From NCBI GenBank assembly GCA_002353525.1, contig DEJV01000005.1, positions 2,871 to 66,870 of the forward strand: DNA of 64,000 nt, in the 5' to 3' direction. The DNA is from Prevotella sp. UBA2739. GTDB taxonomy: Bacteria; Bacteroidota; Bacteroidia; Bacteroidales; Bacteroidaceae. This document shows positions 60,356 to 64,000 of the stretch, one piece after another. A model generated the notes under the pieces. It was not told where the DNA came from and searched no databases. It was given only the letters and a program-made list of their open reading frames with translations. Each line of letters opens with the position of its first letter. Position 1 is the first letter of the stretch. The position numbers and the translations under genes were made by a program.

Positions 60356-60949
60356 TCAGATTTTTTTGCTCTCCGTATGCAAGAGGTTCATAAACTCCTG
60401 TCGCGTCTTGGCCTGATTGAAGGCTCCGCTGAACTCACTTGTTGTCGTTATCGAATTTTGTTTTTCAACACCTCGCATCTGCATGCACATGTGTTTGGCC
60501 TCTACCACGACCATCACACCCAAGGGTTTCAGCGTATCCTGAATGCACTGCTTGATTTGCAGGGTCATACGTTCCTGCACCTGCAGACGATGGCTGAAAA
60601 TGTCGACCACCCGGGCAATCTTCGAGAGCCCTGTGATATAGCCATTGGGGATGTATGCCACATGCACCTTTCCGTAGAAGGGCAGCATGTGATGCTCGCA
60701 AAGCGAGAAGAAGTCAATATCTTTTACGATGACCATCTGGCTGTAGTCCTCTTTGAAGAGTGCGTCGGTGAGCACCTTGTGGGCATCCATGGAGTAGCCT
60801 CTTGTGAGCACCTGCATAGCCTTGGCCACGCGCATGGGAGTTTTCTGCAAACCCTCGCGTGTGGGATCTTCGCCTAATAGGTTAAGTATACTTTCGTAGT
60901 GGGATGCGAGTTCGTCAAGTCCCTCGCGAAATTCTGTTTCCGGATTCAT
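60356..60949 (-). CDS. folE: GTP cyclohydrolase I
   Basis: [34 protein letters not shown]. Confidence 0.95.
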   Translation of the reverse strand: MNPETEFREGLDELASHYESILNLLGEDPTREGLQKTPMRVAKAMQVLTRGYSMDAHKVLTDALFKEDYSQMVIVKDIDFFSLCEHHMLPFYGKVHVAYIPNGYITGLSKIARVVDIFSHRLQVQERMTLQIKQCIQDTLKPLGVMVVVEAKHMCMQMRGVEKQNSITTTSEFSGAFNQAKTRQEFMNLLHTESKKI

Positions 60950-60985
60950 GATTACTGTTCTTGCTTTTGGGGTAAGAAGACGATT

Positions 60986-61651
60986 TTAGTATTGCACGGT
61001 GATTTTTCCTTTCACGATACAGGCTTGCTTATAACCCATCGCCTTCACGTTGCGCAACACACGCGCAGCCTCCTCATAGGTTTTGAAGTTGCCAACCCTG
61101 CATTTCCATTGCGGTGAATAAAAGTGTACATAGATGGGCAGTTCGGGATACTTCATCTTGATGCTTCTCCCTGCCTGCTCAGCCTTTTGCTTATCGGCAC
61201 GCGAGTTGCCTCCGGCAAATGCCTGCACACGGAAGCCATTGATTTTATAGCTGTGGCGTGGCACTTTCTTGCTCATGTCGACCGGAGCTGGCACCGTCTC
61301 GCCATTCTCGTCGGTAATATGCCGCACCTCGCCTGTGACGGGTTTTGCCTCTATCGGTTTGGGCGTGGCTGTGGTAGTGAGCGGTACTGTGTCGTTGCTA
61401 TTCACGGGTGCCGTTGGGGCAACAGTCTTGCCCGTTGCCGGCGCTGCCGATGCCGTACCATTCACCAAGTCATCGATAGCCTTGCTCTGGGTGACAGTCA
61501 CCTTGCCCTCTCCACTCTTCTGCTGTTGCAGTTTCCCAAGGAAGGTCTGGGCTGGCGAAGAAATAAGCGACAAGTGACAGATGAAAAGCAGCAGCAAAAG
61601 CCTCTGCCACCTGCTAAGCGTTGTCAATACGGTTATTTTATACATAGTCAT
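60986..61651 (-). CDS. SPOR domain protein
   Basis: Signal peptide, linker, GFRVQ...CRVGNF; start uncertain. Confidence 0.8.
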   Translation of the reverse strand: MTMYKITVLTTLSRWQRLLLLLFICHLSLISSPAQTFLGKLQQQKSGEGKVTVTQSKAIDDLVNGTASAAPATGKTVAPTAPVNSNDTVPLTTTATPKPIEAKPVTGEVRHITDENGETVPAPVDMSKKVPRHSYKINGFRVQAFAGGNSRADKQKAEQAGRSIKMKYPELPIYVHFYSPQWKCRVGNFKTYEEAARVLRNVKAMGYKQACIVKGKITVQY

Positions 61652-61705
61652 ATCTCCTTTCACTTTTTCAAATCAACATATCACTTGTCACTTATTATCT
61701 ATCAG

Positions 61706-62464
61706 TTATTTCCAAGCATCAATGATACCCTTGAAGTCGGCGCACTTCAGCGAAGCACCTCCGATGAGACCACCGTCGATGTCGGGTTTGGCAAACAGCT
61801 CAGGGGCATTGCTGGCCTTGCACGAACCACCATAGAGAATAGTAGTGTCGTCAGCTACGGCCTGACCATATTTCTCAGCAATGATGCTGCGGATGTAAGC
61901 ATGAATCTCCTCAGCCTGGTCGGCAGTGGCAGTCTTGCCTGTACCAATGGCCCAGATGGGCTCGTAGGCAATCACAATCTTGCGGAAGTCTTCCTCAGAG
62001 AGGTTGAACACGCTACCCTCAAGCTCAGCCTTCACCACCTCGTTCTGCTTACCAGCCTCGCGCTCCTCAAGGCTCTCGCCGATGCAGAAGATTACCTTCA
62101 GACCATTCTTCTGTGCGAGCAAAACCTTTTCCTTCAGAATCTCAGGAGTCTCCTTGTAATATTCGCGACGCTCAGAGTGGCCGAGAATCACATACTGGGC
62201 ACCTGTGCTCTTCACCATTTCGGCACTCACTTCGCCTGTGAAAGCACCTTTCTCTTTGTCGGCACAGTTTTCAGCGCCCAGACCGATGATATCCTGGTCG
62301 AGGAACTGTGCGATGCTTGCCAAGTGGATAAACGGTGTGCAGATGACAACCCCACAGTTGGGTTTGTCGGCCTTCAGTGTCTCGTTCAACTCCTTTGCCA
62401 GAGCAATACCGTCCTGCAGGTTCATGTTCATTTTCCAGTTACCTGCAACAATTTTCTTTCTCAT
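61706..62464 (-). CDS. tpiA: Triosephosphate isomerase
   Basis: [35 protein letters not shown]. Confidence 0.97.
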   Translation of the reverse strand: MRKKIVAGNWKMNMNLQDGIALAKELNETLKADKPNCGVVICTPFIHLASIAQFLDQDIIGLGAENCADKEKGAFTGEVSAEMVKSTGAQYVILGHSERREYYKETPEILKEKVLLAQKNGLKVIFCIGESLEEREAGKQNEVVKAELEGSVFNLSEEDFRKIVIAYEPIWAIGTGKTATADQAEEIHAYIRSIIAEKYGQAVADDTTILYGGSCKASNAPELFAKPDIDGGLIGGASLKCADFKGIIDAWK

Positions 62465-62484
62465 TTTCTTTTTTCCTTTAAAAG

Positions 62485-63843
62485 TTAAATATCTAATGAT
62501 GTTGTCTGTTCGTTCTTATTTTCCGCTTCTGTGGAAGCCTTTTCCTCCTTTTTCCGCAGAACCTTCTTTTTCCTCCTTATCCATTTGGTCCATGCCCACA
62601 GTCGGTCGGCCAGTGTGAGCAACAGCAGCGGCAGGGCAAACCATATCAGGATTCGCACCACTTTGGCGGGCACAGAGTTCTCGGGCATTTGTCCGATGGC
62701 AAGCTGATGCAACGGCACGTTGGCCTGCGAGTTGGCAATGACGGGCAGATTGTTGTGGCTCCACTTGCGAATGATGGTGCCATTCTTGATAAGCAACAGG
62801 CCGGGGTTGCTACGGATAATCGTCTTGAGCGTAATCTCGTCGACTATATAGAACGGATATTCCGCTCCCGTGAGATCCTGCCACTGCAGGATAGCCTCAT
62901 CCGAACTGGCCGTGAGACAATAGAACCGGTATCCGTTTTCCTCTGCATACTCGTAGAGCTGGTCTATCTGCCCGAAGTTGCTGTCGCTGGCTTTTTCTAA
63001 GTGTGGCGAGACTAACAGGAACGTGTAGCTGGTATCTGCCAGCATTTCTTCAGTGATGTCCTCGCCTGTCTCAGCCGACTGAATGGAGAAATCGTGGATG
63101 GGCGGCACATATCCCTCGGCAGTCTGCACGGTCTTGCTGTCAACAAATGTCCATGTAGAGTCGGGGTAATTATCAAGTGTAAACTCCTTTTGCTCACCGT
63201 TTTTCTCCAGGATGAACGTGGTCTCAAATTGTGGCTGCGGAGCACCCTCGGGTATCTCCATGCCTTTCTTGATATTTGCTCCCACATGATAGGGCCGGAA
63301 GTCAAACTGCGGTAAATCATAGAGGCTCCACATGCTCGAGAGCAAGATGAACACAAACGTAAAGTTGATGACTATCCACTGATTACTCTCCGAGATGAAG
63401 CGCACCATCTTCAGCGGCCAGCGGGCTATCACTGCCGCGCATATCAGCAACACAACATTCTTGCCAAACGTCTGCCAGTTGGTCAGCACCAGGGCATCGC
63501 CAAAGCAGCCGCAGTCTTTCACGGGATTAGCCACTGCCAACCACAACGTGACAGGGGTCATGACACACATGAAGAGCAATGCCAGCCGCGAGCTCACCCG
63601 ACGGTGAATGGCAAAAAGCAGGAAGATGCCGAGGCTGAACTCCAGTGCCGACAACAGCACCGATGTGCCCAGCGTCACCATGTCGGGCACATAGTCGCCC
63701 AGATGCAGCGCCGTGAGATAGTCTTGTATCTTGTATTGCGTGCCCAGCGGGTCGATAGCTTTCACGTAGCCGGAAAAAATGAATGTGACTGCCACCAGCA
63801 GGCGGCACACATTGGTCAATATTTTTTTCAAGCTCTCCATCAT
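62485..63843 (-). CDS. DoxX/MauE-like membrane protein (BT_3928 family)
   Basis: KAIDPLG, DCGCFGD, DFRPY, RSNPG; lies upstream of tpiA as in other Bacteroidales. Confidence 0.8.
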   Translation of the reverse strand: MMESLKKILTNVCRLLVAVTFIFSGYVKAIDPLGTQYKIQDYLTALHLGDYVPDMVTLGTSVLLSALEFSLGIFLLFAIHRRVSSRLALLFMCVMTPVTLWLAVANPVKDCGCFGDALVLTNWQTFGKNVVLLICAAVIARWPLKMVRFISESNQWIVINFTFVFILLSSMWSLYDLPQFDFRPYHVGANIKKGMEIPEGAPQPQFETTFILEKNGEQKEFTLDNYPDSTWTFVDSKTVQTAEGYVPPIHDFSIQSAETGEDITEEMLADTSYTFLLVSPHLEKASDSNFGQIDQLYEYAEENGYRFYCLTASSDEAILQWQDLTGAEYPFYIVDEITLKTIIRSNPGLLLIKNGTIIRKWSHNNLPVIANSQANVPLHQLAIGQMPENSVPAKVVRILIWFALPLLLLTLADRLWAWTKWIRRKKKVLRKKEEKASTEAENKNEQTTSLDI

Positions 63844-63856
63844 ACCCGTATTTCAA

Positions 63857-64000
63857 CTACTCACTCAACTTAATGACTCCAAACACAGCGTAGTTGATAA
63901 TATCCATGTAGTTGGCATCAACGCCTTCCGACACCAGTGTGGCGCCACCCAGGTCCTCAATCTCTTTCACACGCTGTATCTTCGTGAGAATGAAGTCTGT
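63857..64000 (-). CDS. C-terminus of a DUF1599-like protein (runs off the window)
   Basis: Read by hand: TDFILTKIQRVKEIEDLGGATLVSEGVDANYMDIINYAVFGVIKLSE*. Confidence 0.7.
   Translation of the reverse strand, partial: TDFILTKIQRVKEIEDLGGATLVSEGVDANYMDIINYAVFGVIKLSE

Overview
A 64-kb chromosomal segment from a Bacteroidota (Prevotella-like) bacterium, judged from gene content and many TAnnTTTG (-7) promoter motifs. Left end (1-7092): defence locus of a partial SNF2-like helicase, a Type III Mod methyltransferase and a Res subunit. 7.4-13.3 kb: accessory patch (porin, D-Ala-D-Ala dipeptidase, lipoproteins, CAAX/Abi protease) interleaved with repeats, including a 58-bp direct repeat that brackets the protease like a gene cassette. 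The rest is mostly housekeeping (fumarase, M16 peptidase, hflX, trmO, dnaA, MCE, amidase, folB, nrdJ, murF-alr, GH2 glucuronidase, fkp, YfhO, mtnN, tcdA, folE, tpiA), plus an orphan sugar kinase-isomerase-MFS operon, an HU-like/smalltalk islet with a highly structured 1.6-kb non-coding region, and a TPR regulator/beta-barrel pair. No rRNA, tRNA, CRISPR array, integrase or transposase was seen. The most unusual signal is non-coding: several sequence-distinct families of 7-9-nt-period repeat arrays sit at gene junctions, often overlap stop codons, occur as nested inverted pairs, bracket whole genes and appear in frame inside coding sequences. All calls are from motifs read by eye; no searches were run.
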